From positions 105,214,001 through 105,278,000 of the forward strand of contig NC_135892.1 in NCBI RefSeq assembly GCF_964194155.1: 64,000 bases of DNA, written 5' to 3'. Each line of letters starts with the position of its first letter. Within the stretch, counting starts at the first letter, position 1. Below the pieces are notes generated by a model. The model worked only from the letters and a program-made list of their open reading frames with translations, ran no database searches and had not been told where the DNA came from. Positions 63,131 through 64,000 of the stretch are shown here, in pieces. The stretch is from Cetorhinus maximus. Its lineage: Eukaryota. The position numbers and the translations under genes were made by a program.

Positions 63131-64000
63131 GTATGTTATTCTGTTTCTTTTAAAAAGAAATGGCATGGGTGGAGTAAATCCATTGTCTGAATCTGAATGT
63201 GCTTTTGTTTCATTGTTTTGAAATAGATGATTAATTCAGTCTTGGATTAAATAATTTGTACCTGCAATTTACTATTGCAGTTTAATGAGCCATAAAAATT
63301 TCAAATGAAAAGGATTAAGCCAGCTGGATCAGCTCCAGTCATAAAATCTGTTAATTTTATAACTAAATTTGTTTTATTTTTTTAAAGATATGTGTAGCAT
63401 TGGGTATAGTAAGTACCAGCATTATTCAGAAATTTTATAGATTTATTTTGTCTTTGCTCCTAGACATTAGATTTTTCAGGCGCCAAACATAATTAATTTG
63501 GAATGGCCTAAATTAAGTTTGGTTTCTGGGGTATAATATAAAGAAGTAGAGTGCTATTGTTCATAGTAAATATCATAGAATCACAGAATGGTTACAACAC
63601 ATAAGGAGGCCATTCAGCATGTCGTATCTCTGCTGGCACTCTGCAAGAGCAGTTTACCTAGTGCCACTCCCTGCCTTTTCCCCATAGCCCTGCAAATTCT
63701 TCCTCTTCAAATAATTATCCAGTTCTCTTTTGAAAGCAGTAACTGAATCTGTCTCATTCTCACGCAGTGCATTCAAGATCCTAACCACAAGCTGTGTTTT
63801 TTTAAAAAAAAGTTTTTCCTCATGTTACCTTTGGTTCTGTTGCCAATCATTTAACTCGATGTCTTCTGGTTCTCGATCCTTCCACCAATGGGAATAGTTT
63901 CTTCCTTTCTACTCAGTCCAGACCCCTCATGATATTGAATACTTCTGTAAAATCTCCTCTCAAACTTCCTGTTCTCATCCCTATCTTTTGCAACCTATCC

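Overview
Repeat-rich vertebrate genomic DNA, very likely from a cartilaginous fish (shark-type CR1/L2/RTE LINEs, Penelope elements, Deu-domain and HE1-like SINEs). Four spliced protein-coding genes can be built by hand. (1) DESI2: first coding exon at 16720-16758 (-); the rest of the gene lies beyond the left edge. (2) A complete, divergent SYNJ2BP/OMP25-like gene encoding a PDZ domain and tail anchor (-, 5 exons, 18451-36881, ~174 aa). (3) A complete ARV1 (-, 5 coding exons, 46736-55465, 233 aa). (4) TTC13 exons 1-2 (+), head-to-head with ARV1. The most notable points are: the SYNJ2BP-like gene looks like a 1q42-type ohnolog with no counterpart at the human locus; Penelope termini carry minimal hammerhead-ribozyme motifs; a tandem array of CTCF-like motifs separates the SYNJ2BP-like 3' end from the DESI2 promoter; and two back-to-back ZNF143/THAP11-type motifs sit in the ARV1/TTC13 bidirectional promoter. 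The window also holds an intronic H2B pseudogene, three TSD-flanked solo LTRs and several nested TE stacks. All identifications come from recalled protein and repeat sequences and manual reading, not database searches.
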